A program made the position numbers and the translations under genes. Below are positions 12,201 through 22,862 of a DNA stretch of 54,420 nt, piece by piece. The notes under the pieces were generated by a model. The model did no database searches. It saw only the letters and a program-made list of their open reading frames with translations, and was not told the DNA's origin. Source of the DNA: Podarcis muralis (lineage: Eukaryota); the NCBI RefSeq assembly GCF_964188315.1, contig NC_135655.1:66278001-66332420 (forward strand). Reading direction: 5' to 3'. Every line of letters starts with the position of its first letter. The stretch's first letter is position 1.

Positions 12201-12373
12201 GGTACTAATTTAAAGCAACAGTGAACTAGTTACTAAGTTTAAACAACATTTTTAGCTGCTGCAGCAAACAACAGTGCAGGCATTTTTCTGGCCACCTCAG
12301 AATACCTTATCCTTAGAAAGGGCCTGCCTTGGCCCTTCCTCTGTGATGAGGGCGGAGCAGCAGAGAGCCTTGC

Positions 12374-12407
12374 TGAGTGAGTGAGTGAGTGAGTGAGTGA
12401 GTGAGTG
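12374..12407. repeat. (TGAG)8 microsatellite
   Basis: Read directly from the sequence. Confidence 0.97.
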
Positions 12408-12575
12408 GATGGGTGCTGGCAGCAGCTGGGGTGACTGAGGACAGTATGGCGAGTGAACAGGGGCTTGGGGGCACCAGTTCACTGCTCTCTGCAAACACCA
12501 CCTGAAGCGATTCTCTTGCTTATTATCATGACCCACCTTGTAAATTCTAAAAGCCATATTTTGAAGTGACACCAT

Positions 12576-12833
12576 TCCCAGTGTGGTGTAGTGGTTAAGA
12601 GCGATAGACTCGTAATCTGGTGAACTGGGTTTGCGTCTCCGCTCCTCCACATGCAGCTGCTGGGTGACCTTGGGCCAGTCACACTTCTTGAAGTCTCTCA
12701 GCCCCACTCACCTCACAGAGTGTTTGTTGTGGGGGAGGAAGGGAAAGGAGAATGTTAGCCGCTTTGAGACTCCTTTAAAAAGGGAGTGAAAGGCAGGATA
12801 TCAAATCCAGATTCTTATTCTTCTTCTTCTTCT
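12576..12833 (+). mobile_element. tRNA-derived SINE with L2-type 3' end and (TTC)n tail (Squam1-like)
   Basis: A box TGGTGTAGTGG, B-box-like GGTTTGCGTCTCC, core gtgaccttgggccagtcac, tail gccgctttgagactcc...gatatcaaatcc followed by simple repeats. Confidence 0.8.
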
Positions 12834-13597
12834 AAAGAAGCTGAAAGCCACAATCTTGTATCTGAAATGACATTTGGGGATTCTGTGAGATTTGCAAAAT
12901 TATACTTAGTTGGATATATGTGTCTGCTTTGTGTTGTCTGCTGTGAATTACCAGCCTGGTTTGCATATCATGGTAAGATTATGATCCTATGTTTGGACAA
13001 CATGCTAAGCCGCACAGAGCTCGGAAGACCAGGAGCAAATCAGCTGTGGTCTCCTCCCCGGGAGTCAGTATGTTCATATGAAGCTGTGGCTGAATTACAT
13101 GCAAACATGGCCATTGTTTCATTGACTGGAATATCTCAAAGCCTGAAGAGATTGAACTTTCACTGTGCTTGACACATGGTTCCATACCACCACCTGTTAC
13201 AAGGGGCTGTGAATGAGGATGTATGAATTAGACCTAAATATGTTAAGAGTCATTGTGAATTTTTGTTTTTGTTTTTGTTTTCTAAAAACATCCTTTAACC
13301 ATGCTCTGCTCTAAATTCCAAAATTTTATCATGTTTAGAGACACACATCTAAAAGAAAATATTCTATGCATCTAAATATTGAACTGATTAATTAGCAAGA
13401 CGTGTTGGAAATTTACTTGCTAAATAATAACTGCACTTTATTGGTTCTGTCTGTTGGAATCCTTCTGTTGTAATACTATGAATAGTTGGCTGCTCGATTG
13501 AATAATTGATAATTTTAGGCTCTCAGTGGTTTTTGGTCTGTGTATGTATATATGGAATCCTCTAACCATGCACACTTTTAAATTCCAATCCTTTTAG

Positions 13598-13704
13598 GAA
13601 CTTCAGAAAGAGTTTTGTGTGGAAGCAGTGAAGATGATATTGAAGTAACTTTAAGAAAATGGAATCCCATGAATAAGCCCCAAATAGAACTATATAAGCC
13701 AGAG
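13598..13704 (+). CDS. PPFIBP2: Liprin-beta-2 linker exon (GTSERVLCGSSEDDIEVTLRKWNPMNKPQIELYKPE)
   Basis: cttttag acceptor, GAG|GTTGGT donor, 107 nt, phase 1-0; similar to GPSERTLS...KWNATNK..ELFKQE. Confidence 0.9.
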
Positions 13705-13794
13705 GTTGGTTGGTTATTTTTTCCATTATTCTATATATTTTTTCTTCCCATACCCATACTAAAAAGTACTCAAAATAAAATTCTTTTTACACAG

Positions 13795-13862
13795 GTACCT
13801 CCAGGGGAATTGACCCTACCTATGTTGCCTCCTCCTCCACAAAAGAAAATGCTGGAAATGAG
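13795..13862 (+). CDS. PPFIBP2: Liprin-beta-2 proline-rich exon (VPPGELTLPMLPPPPQKKMLEM-R) ending at a GC donor
   Basis: tttttacacag acceptor; homology (PPP..QK.LE.R) and the required phase 2 place the donor at AG|GCAAGA. Confidence 0.85.
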
Positions 13863-14054
13863 GCAAGAACATTTTTTCTTAGTTAAATCTGTGTTTCTCA
13901 GAACGCTCTTTTTTCATATTGTAAAACATTCTTTGAAATACTTGCTTTTGTGTCAAGAACATGTGGTCAGTTGGGGCAAAACAGTTAAATTTAGAATGCA
14001 TCAAAAAGCCTGCTCTTTAAAATGTGTGCTTCTGTTTACCATTACGATTAACAG

Positions 14055-14123
14055 CGGAAGCTCCCCAGTTCCTTCAAATAACCTGTTTTCTGCAAACGGA
14101 CAAAGCCTGGAAGTCCAACATAG
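14055..14123 (+). CDS. PPFIBP2: Candidate 69-nt cassette exon (S-GSSPVPSNNLFSANGQSLEVQH-R)
   Basis: ctgtttaccattacgattaacag acceptor, strong AG|GTAAGA donor, phase 2-2, exactly matching both neighbouring exons, stop-free. Confidence 0.6.
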
Positions 14124-14880
14124 GTAAGAAGAATAATGCTGTCAACATTTACCAATCAAGTTATCCTAGACATTTTGAATGGGGATCCTTTCCCCCAAAT
14201 GAGCAACCACAGCTCCAGTTCAAAGGACCCTGAGAAATCCAGTGCTATAGGAGATTCCCTACATTCAGGCCTAGCCATTAATTTTAACTGAATGAGACTT
14301 TTCCTCCAGGGATACAAAATATAAAACCAAATCCCATATTGAATAGTTGACCTGACACACAGTTGTTACTGATTTGATGTTTGTTTTATTTCTGAATGAT
14401 AAACAAGAGCTGCGTGTTCTGGGCATTTGGGTGACAAGAAGATCCACTCAGGCCTATGGAAGTATCCAGATGTCAAAAAGCATCATACAGCTTGTCCTCA
14501 GGCCCAATTTAGATGTTATGCAGGCTGCAGGTAGCAGCTTTAATGTGTAGATGGGGAGCATTCCACATGCATCCCATCACATTTAAAAGCCCTTAATTAC
14601 ATTTGCTGGCCCATTTGCATGTAGCAGTAGCTCCGCTGTGCTGATCACACCCTGGCTACTGACCACCTTGATGTACAGTATAACAAACTGAGATAGCAAA
14701 TCACACATGCACATGTTTTAAAACTTAATGGGGAGAGCATGGAATGCTTGCACAAGTAAGAACTTACCCGTGACCCTAGACCTTAAGATTGCAGGTTATT
14801 TGATAGTGAAATCAGATTGCCCAGTTATTCCTGCTCAGTGTGTTTGTGCATGCATTAATTGTTGCCTTTCTCACTTTAAG

Positions 14881-14941
14881 GGCGCCTCAGAAAAAAATAT
14901 CAAGTAGTCTTGAAGACTTGCAAAGTGAATCCCTGGAAAAG
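14881..14941 (+). CDS. PPFIBP2: Liprin-beta-2 exon (R-APQKKISSSLEDLQSESLEK)
   Basis: ctcactttaag acceptor, AAG|GTTGGC donor, 61 nt, phase 2-0; matches AQKKLSCSLEDLRSESVDK. Confidence 0.92.
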
Positions 14942-16091
14942 GTTGGCTCAGAAATCTTCGCTTTGCCTAATAATTGTGGATTGCATGTAGAAAGTTCTTA
15001 ACAGCTGAGTCCTTCCACTCTGTTCTTTTCTGAATTTTGAGATCAAAGGAACGTGGTTGGTCTGTGCAACACCAAACCCAATCAGTATTCTGCCACAGCA
15101 ATTACTGCTGGTGTATTCTGATCAATATATCTGTGCAATACAAGTCAGAGTCTGCCCAAATTGAATTCTGCATAACACTCAAATTGCACTCAGTTTGAAG
15201 GTGGTGTTTACTTGTTGTTGTTGTTAAAAACTGTCACCTTCAAATTGATGCATCAATCTAATCGTATTCAGTCGGAATGTGGCTAACCCAGAACTACTTC
15301 CGTGTTTCTTCAGCATGTTTAATGTGAGTTTTTCATTTTATGTTTGTAGTCTGTTTTGTAATGTTGTATATGGCAAATGAATGAAGGTCTAGCTTCTCTA
15401 GTTATTCCAGAATTCAGAGGTCTATTTTCTCCTTCTTCCTCATATTCTGGGTATTTATTGGGTATATAATTTGGATGTGCAAACACTAGAATTTACGGAG
15501 ATACATCACAAATTTCTATCTAAGAGTGCCAAGTCTACCACTTGGCTCAAGAGTACAAACCATTATGCACTTGAGCAAAGAATTTCAGCTTCTGCCTAGA
15601 AACCGCACATCCTTCGAACCAGTCAACAACTCACTTCTGTGCACTTTGTGTTAATTATTGCAAGTATTTAAACAGTTTTTGTATATAAAACAAACAAGTG
15701 TTTTATATGCCGAAATTTGAAAGCACTTCCTTAGACACAGTGGGATATATCCCTTTGAGTCCTACATGAGGTCATGTCCATTAATTTCAATAGGTTTACT
15801 CTGAAGAGGACTAACGTTGGAGGCAACCCTGTACACACTGCCTGTAGAAAACAATGAAACAAATTCTATTAGCCTCTGTAGAAGCTGTATTTGAGATGTA
15901 TTTATAAATTTAGAGGGGATGACACACGCAGTAATGTCAGGTCGACATGGTGCTCTATACTGAGGAGAAAATAAATCTGCTATTGTCCTCGCTGAGGATC
16001 ACTAGAAATTAGACTAAAAATGTCACGTTCCATTTGACACTAACATTTTGTTTGTTACTTTCTCTCCCTCACATTTCCTGCAACTTCATAG

Positions 16092-16133
16092 CATGTAGAT
16101 GCGAAACCAGTAGAACGTGATGTAGCACAAGAG
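16092..16133 (+). CDS. PPFIBP2: Liprin-beta-2 42-nt exon (HVDAKPVERDVAQE)
   Basis: Long pyrimidine tract with TAG, GAG|GTATAT donor, phase 0-0; 14 codons, same length as the divergent equivalent human segment. Confidence 0.7.
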
Positions 16134-17017
16134 GTATATTAACTCCATTTTAACATTTACTTAACATAATCATCATTTTATGTTGTGGTTCTTCTCTTCT
16201 TTGTTTTCCCCTTGAATGCCTCTCTGTGAGAGTTAATATGCTGATAAGTTTGAGCAAACTAGTTAAGCTTCAACTTTTTGATCTTCAGTTATAAGCAAGT
16301 TTTCCTTGGGGGCAGCTGGATGAAGACGCATGCCAGTGCGATTGAGCTAAATATGATGATGCCATTCCTTGCTTTCCCACAAAGGCAGAGCCATGAATTC
16401 CCCATGGCTTCAAAGAAAACAAGTTCTCTTCATGTGCTGCAAAGAGTATGGGGGAGAAAGTTCTGTGTGCTGGAGATGATGGAGGCAATTGTGAGCTTAG
16501 GGATGTGCTTAGCTCCAGGCCCAATAAGTGGCGGTATTTATTTCCTGCAAGAATATCAAAAGTGATTCAGAAAATAGCAGCACACAAAAACAAAACAGTA
16601 TAGAAAGGAGAGCATGCATTCTGTTGGTGACCCACAAAACAGTTAAACAAGTTGATGTACTTGCTAATGTCTTCATCTTTCTGGATTTTGCAATTGTCAG
16701 GTGTTTCCCACTCAGTAGCATCATTCAGAACAGGGCCACACCTTGCCTCCTTTCCTACTTCTGATGTCCCCAATTGTTATCTCAAATGACCACCACAAGA
16801 GCGATCTGATGTGAAAAGCTCCTCATTTCCCTGGGAATCTGTGTGCATAAACTGGGGAACATTCCACCGAAACCTGGTGCCACCATGGAAAAATATGTAT
16901 TGTCCCAGCACTGATTCTTCTGAAAAGCTAAAAAGTTCGTCTGCTTCTGATTGAAATGAATATTGTGCACTTTATTGTTGTTGTTGTTTTAAAAAAAATC
17001 TTTTTACAAAAACACAG

Positions 17018-17168
17018 AATAAGCCATTCGTGAAAAGCAGCAAATACCAAACCTTGCCAGGGAAGCTTCCTCGACCTGCACACAACGGCGATACTGGGGC
17101 ATACAGTACTCCTTCTCCAAGTACGTGCCGTGTGAATGGCAACGGAGACAGCAGCATACAGAGCCTGA
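17018..17168 (+). CDS. PPFIBP2: Liprin-beta-2 exon (NKPFVKSSKYQTLPGKL...GDSSIQSL)
   Basis: cacag acceptor, A|GTACGT donor, 151 nt, phase 0-1; conserved KY.TLPGKL motif. Confidence 0.9.
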
Positions 17169-17244
17169 GTACGTACTTCAGGGAGGAGAACAATAAAAGC
17201 CTGCCTTCGTGTGATATGCAGCTTGGGTTTTAGCTACTTAATAG

Positions 17245-18480
17245 CAGTCAGTCAGTCAATTTTATTGTATATCGCAAAAGCCCTTTACAATGGAGGACAG
17301 AGAATTTAAGGAAAACTTTCATCTAAAATCATACAACATAACCTGAAGCAGTTTACAACATAAAAAGAAATTCACAACATTAAAATTTAAGATTCACATA
17401 GCTGGAATGGAGCTTCTTGGCTGCCAGTGCAAATTTGGCTTCCTGTTGTGTAATATATAGGTGTTTATCTGCTAGGAATTCAACCGTCACTTCCTGTGCA
17501 GATTGACCTGGAAGCCAATTAAGAATTGGCGATATAAATTTCCTGAGCGTTGTATACAGGGGTAAATCAGCCGGGAGTGTGTAATGTCCTCTGCCTGAAT
17601 GCATCCATATATACATTTGCGATCCATATGAGGAATTCCCCAATCACTCCCCTCTAAATATGCTGAGGGCATCTGTTGGAATTTTATTTCTACAAAGGCC
17701 CTCCATAGTTGTGGGTAGGTCAGTGTCTCAAGGTGATTAGTCTTAAATTTGGGGGTACAAAGTAGAGTAATAGGTGGCAATGGTGGATATTCTGTCTTGG
17801 TTGGCATCCTGATCAAAAATCCAATTTCTAAGGTCACGTGGGCTAAAGGCTAAGTAGTTCTCCATTTGAAGACTGTAAGCCCTAAGCTTATCTTGGCACT
17901 TCTGTGCCAAGTCCCCAGTCCTTAGTTGCTCTGACCAGCAGAGCTTAGTGAGAGTGTGTTCCTCGAAGGCATTTAGCCTGCTCCACTATCTCAGATAGGC
18001 TAGATCAATTCTGGCTGCTAGTGAGGGGATGCCCAACTCAGCTCTGACGTGGGCTGCCAATGTCCCGCAGGAAAGCTCCAAAGCTGCCTGTAGGACCTCT
18101 ATCTCAGATTTAATACCAATTCCCCATATTTCAGCTCCACAGAGCAGTTGGACGATGATTTTAGAGAAAAGGATCTTAAAAGCTGGCTTGATTAACTGCC
18201 CACCCTTTGAATGAAAGAACCCATATAACTGCCCAGTAGAATGGCCAGATATTAGCTTAATGGCTTCCAGATGGGGTTTCCATGATGACTTACCATCGAT
18301 AAGTAACCCTAGATATTTAAATCTGGGTACTTGCTTTAGGGTGTTACCGTCTAGAGTCCACCTGGACTTGGTAGTCCTCTTGCCAAATAAAGTGAGCTTG
18401 GTTTTATAGTAGTTAATGTTTAGATGCTCTTTTTTACACAGCTGTCCAAATTTAACCAGCATCCTTCTAAGCACATAGTA
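17245..18480 (-). mobile_element. 5'-truncated non-LTR retrotransposon (RT C-terminal/thumb region, Cys/His knuckle, AATAAA plus (TGAC)n tail); RTE-X/L2-like, clade uncertain
   Basis: ORF 17986-18474 has INxxKTK, FKYLG, GAEIWG and VRAELG motifs; frameshifted RKCIYGC..EDITH..LY at about 17570-17640. Confidence 0.85.
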
Positions 18481-20278
18481 TGATGCTTTGCTAAATTAAA
18501 GGAGGAAACCTGTTTCCACCTACTAGAAGGTGGAAAGTTGGATTTCCAAGTAGCTTAGACCCCAGGACTCTGCTTGGTCATGTTTAATGTGAGCCATTAC
18601 AACAACCAGGGTGTACAGAATATGGAATTTTGTTTACCCCTGCAAAGACTACTGTTAGATAATTTGCAGAGGAGGCTGAAATTCCATATGCCGAATGCTC
18701 TGTGGGCATGGCTTCATCTAGGCTAGCAGCTACCATGCTTGGCAAGGCTGTGTAAAGGGAAAACCTGTCCCTAAGCATGTCTGCTTGGGACTAAGCTCCA
18801 TTAAATACAGTGGAACATCAGATAATGGACCTTGCACATCTTTCTGCAACCATTACCTTTTGATATTGGAGCCCCGGAAAGAAGTAGACTACATGCATAT
18901 GTCTACTGCTTTAATTACAGAGTGTTAAGATGCTCCTTTTAAATATCCTAGACAATTTAAAATATTAAGTAATAGTTTCAAACCCTAGACTTCCCTGGGG
19001 AAAGCAAAGTTCTCTGGCTGCTCTCTATAAATCAAGCTGGTAATTGAGTCTAAAGCGGAGTTTTGATTTGTTTTTTGTAAAAAGAAACATCAAACATCAA
19101 CTACATATTACTGGGATTTATTTTCTGTTTAAGTGGGAACAGCCTGCATATTATTCCTATTTTCTTTTTCACTTAGGAGTGTTCCATATGGAAAGCAATT
19201 TTTTTTAACTGCATAATACATTGTGGATCCTTTTTTAAAAAAAAATCACAGGTCTCACTTTAGAATATTTTGAACTATAGACAGCAGGCCCCAAATGTTC
19301 AACTTCATCTGCTTTGTTACTTTTGCTTCCTGTCAATTTTTTTATTTCCTGCTTTTGGCTTTTGGCTTTTGGCTTTCTTTGCTTTTCTGTAACTTTCCTT
19401 TGCTTGACTTTCCCATCGTCTTTGCTTCTTCATGTGGCTTTCTGGTTCTTGGAATGATTGAAGATCGCATCAGGAGTGTCAGTGCACCAATCTTAGGTAT
19501 CGTACACCTAGTCCATGCACAGCTTTTAAGCTAGGAATGAATTGGAGGGGGGGTTCCCCGTTACCTCTTGATTGCAAATATGAATTGCACATAGTGGACT
19601 GTCTGGAATCTTGATTTTTTTACACTGAAAGGGAAGAGCCCAATTTAGCTCCTAGTAAATGAAATGTAGACAGACAGTGCTAGACTTCAATCTCTGAACT
19701 AGAACAGAGATTCAATATAGTGGTTGATTCTGATTGGAGCTAGACATCTATTACTTTGGAAGCAAAATTCATATATTGGAAAGGGGGGGGGTTAATGTGG
19801 CTCCTTATTTAGCCATTTTTTAAAATACAAAAACCTTCCTAAATTTATTTTGGCAATAATGTTTTAACATAGGCACCCACAATAATCTTAGAAATTCAAC
19901 TGTCATAGTTTTTTCAGAAGGATGTAATTTTCAATCCTATATTCATATTACAAATAAGATGAATGTTACTAATCGGTAGTTTTCTGGTAAACCTGACAAT
20001 TTTATAATGCGATTGCAGAAATCTTTAGCTAGTTCTTCCAGTCTTTATATGTTTTGATACAGTCCGGGGGGAAGTCCTCTAACTAGTAATAAAAAATGCA
20101 ATTTCTAAGTCTGAGAAGAATCACGGACCATTATTTCAGGAATGTTGCCGAGTAAAATCGGAAGTACTTAGCCCTATATGATTTAAGATGTTTTGGGGAT
20201 TATGAATTTTTGTGAAGTTTTTCCTTTTGCATTTTATACCATGGCTTCATAAATCTCAATGGCATTTATCAATCACAG

Positions 20279-20417
20279 GAGACTCTGACAATATGGATGG
20301 TACAATGAATTCAGATGACCTTTCACCTTTGTCATCGGGAACAGAATCTGGTGCACAGTCTCCATTATCTCCGGAAAATAAAAGAAGTCCAAGAGGAATA
20401 AAGAAAATATGGGGAAA
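20279..20417 (+). CDS. PPFIBP2: Liprin-beta-2 exon (RDSDNMDG...SSGTESGAQSPLSPENKRSPRGIKKIWGK)
   Basis: cacag acceptor, AA|GTGAGT donor, 139 nt, phase 1-2; matches SSGTESGPQSPL and KGIKKFWGK. Confidence 0.95.
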
Positions 20418-20581
20418 GTGAGTTTTTTCAATCTTCCGTATCTTTTTTTTTAATTTAATGCCACTACAGAGAACTAACTAGAAGCATTCCTGCTATCTTG
20501 AAAGTTCTTGTGTTTTTATGTTAAAGCTGCACCTTGCATTTTGATGTCTAGCAACTTCCTATTTTGAATCTTTCCAAAAAG

Positions 20582-20710
20582 AATACGCAGGACCCAGTCT
20601 GGAAATTTCCCTGGAGATGATCTGGGCTTGGTTGAATTTCGAAGAGGTGGCCTCCGTGCAACAGCTGGACCTAGATTGTCTCGGTCAAAGGACACCAAGG
20701 GACAGAAGAG
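20582..20710 (+). CDS. PPFIBP2: Liprin-beta-2 exon (IRRTQSGNF...EFRRGGLRATAGPRLSRSKDTKGQK)
   Basis: AAG acceptor at 20581, AG|GTAAAG donor, 129 nt, phase 2-2; FRRGGLRATAGPRL is the conserved liprin-beta motif. Confidence 0.95.
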
Positions 20711-20775
20711 GTAAAGGCTGAGTTCATGCTTTCTGTTTTGCCCTTGTGGATTATTGCATAATGAAACTCTCTTTG

Positions 20776-20820
20776 TAAACTGTTTCGAGGTTTTATTAAA
20801 ATCAAGTAGTGTACAAGTTT
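20776..20820 (+). mobile_element. L2-type 3' tail fragment
   Basis: gtaaactgtttcgaggttttattaaaatcaagtagtgtacaag resembles an L2 terminus. Confidence 0.4.
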
Positions 20821-21486
20821 TGTGAAGTCCTACGAAGAATTTTATAAATTTTGTAGAGTTCTGTTGACTGTTTTCAGCAAAACTGCACCATCGAGCAAAT
20901 ATCCCCCCCCCCCAGGAGAAAGTCTGAGCTATTTGCTTCGAAACCTTTGACTTCTTACTAGTAAATGGTCCATTGTCGGACAAATCCCATCTATTGCAGG
21001 AGTGCTTGATAGCAGTGTCTGGGGCGGGGCCAGGTTTTTCCGCCTTTCTGTTCCACACTGTATCTTATTACCTTGTCCCTGTGGCATTCAGTGGGAATCG
21101 CTGCGAATGGAGCTTTTGTTTATTTGCTTTTGTTGCTTCCAAGTCGCTGATGAATGCTTTCTTCAGCATTTGCAACAAGACTACATTGTGTGGCACAATG
21201 TTGCCTAACTGCTGTTGTGCCTTGAGTATCAATACACTTGCCAACTTTCATGTCAACCATATTTCCTCATTTAGCTTTGAAACAGTGACAAGAAAAGAGA
21301 GGGATTTTCTAATCAGAATGGAGCAAAGTGATTTATATTCCAGTGATTTATATTCCAGTGTTATTACTGATCAAAGGCAAATGATACCTTGTGACATTTA
21401 ATGATTCAGTATAACAGTAAACAAAAGTCAGCTTCAAGAGGGCATGAGCCTCTCTTTCAATCTCCCTCCCCCATCAATAACCATAG

Positions 21487-21814
21487 GTAAAGGTAAAGGT
21501 ACCCCTGCCCGTACGGGCCAGTCGTGTCCGACTCTAGGGTTGTGCGCTCATCTCACTCTAGAGGCCGGAAGCCAGCGCTGTCCGCAGACACTTCTGGGTC
21601 ACGTGGCCAGCGTGACGAAGCTGCTCTGGCGAACTGGCACCAGAGCAGCACACAGAAACGCCGTTTACCTTCCCGCTATAAAGCGGTACCTATTTATCTA
21701 CTTGCACTTAAGGGTGCTTTCGAACTGCTAGGTGGGCAGGAGCTGGGACCGCCAACCATATGATCGGCAAGTCCTAGGCACTGAGTTTTTACCCACAGCG
21801 CCACCCGCGTCCCT
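21487..21814 (-). mobile_element. Full-length Sauria SINE (Squam2) with 14-bp TSD
   Basis: Minus-strand 5' end GGGACGCGGGTGGCGCTGTGGG, (ACCTTT)n tail; ATCAATAACCATAG at 21473-21486 and 21815-21828. Confidence 0.93.
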
Positions 21815-21834
21815 ATCAATAACCATAGATGATG

Positions 21835-21990
21835 ATTATTAATTTGCAGCCTGCCCACCTGACTGGGTTGCCACAGCCACTCTGGGAGACTTCCAAGATA
21901 TATAAAAACATAATAAAGCATCAACGTTAACAGCTTCCCTATAAAGGGCTGCCTTCAGAAGTCTTCTAAAGGTTGTATAGTCACTTAATG
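21835..21990 (-). mobile_element. L2 LINE 3' fragment
   Basis: Similar to 26965-27195 and 39181-39245; encodes TTFRRLLKAALYREA on the minus strand. Confidence 0.7.
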
Positions 21991-22102
21991 ATTGTGAAAG
22001 TGAGCCTGACGATTCGAGTGCAAAGTGGTTTGCCAAGTGTTGCAAGAAGCAGTCATACTGTTACACTAACATGAACCTCCATTCTTTATCTGTGCTTCCT
22101 AG

Positions 22103-22253
22103 TGATCATAACGCCCCATTTGCCCAATGGGGCACTGAACGAGTCTGTAACTGGCTTGAAGACTTCGGTCTTGGGCAGTATGTCATTTTTGCACGACAAT
22201 GGGTGACATCTGGCCACACCCTCTTAACAGCAACACCGCAGGATATGGAAAAG
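22103..22253 (+). CDS. PPFIBP2: Liprin-beta-2 SAM1 exon (SDHNAPFAQWGTERVCNWLEDFGLGQY...PQDMEK)
   Basis: Canonical splice sites, 151 nt, phase 2-0; near-identical to liprin-beta-2 SAM1. Confidence 0.97.
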
Positions 22254-22591
22254 GTAAGAAATCTAGAATGACAATGGAACCATTCTGAGGGAAGTCAGAG
22301 CAGCCAAGTTTTTTCCCTTCAAAAATCCACCACTGATCCATCCTCATTCACATACAGAGTATGGAAGATGGGGGGGGGGGGTTGGATCCCACCCTTAAGT
22401 GTCAGAGAATTTAAGCTGACATCCTCACATTGAAACCAGTGGTTGTGATCCAGAGGTGCACATACTGCAGATTCTAATATCTATCATGTTTCATTGAATA
22501 ATTGCTCTTTCAATATGTCCCCTTTGGTGAACCATCAAGCAACAATTTTGACTCCCTTGGAGTATAATTTTTCACAAAATAACCTCTAGAA

Positions 22592-22727
22592 CAGTCTTTC
22601 TCAACCTGTGGGTCCCCAGATGTTGTTGAACTACAACTCCCATCACTGCTAGCTAGCAGCCAGAGCTCATGGATGATGGGAATTGTAGTCCAACAACATC
22701 TGGGGACCCACATGTTGAGAACCACTG
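22592..22727. mobile_element. hAT MITE (palindromic, 136 bp) with perfect 8-bp TSD
   Basis: TIRs cagtctttctcaac / gttgagaaccactg; CTCTAGAA at 22584-22591 and 22728-22735. Confidence 0.9.
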
Positions 22728-22862
22728 CTCTAGAAAGTCTCAGAAATACAGCAGGTAGTTGCAGGAGCACATTCTCTCTTTGGGGACAAAATGTGTGTTC
22801 CATCTGTCCAAGTGCCAAGTTGGCAGAACTGTTTTAGTTTTCATTATTACTATACTTTGCAG

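Noticed and set aside
12576-12650. tRNA gene
   Set aside because: The A/B boxes belong to a SINE head that continues into core and L2-type tail; no cloverleaf acceptor stem or T-run terminator.
19295-19534. Hydrophobic 79-aa ORF resembling a small membrane protein
   Set aside because: Explained by a pyrimidine-rich tract with TTTTGGC repeats; the opposite strand looks weakly like decayed CR1 ORF2, too degenerate to call.
21327-21360. Short tandem duplications (15 bp here; also 25752-25797, 47826-47851 and near the window end)
   Set aside because: Ordinary slippage products, with no periodic array or shared motif.
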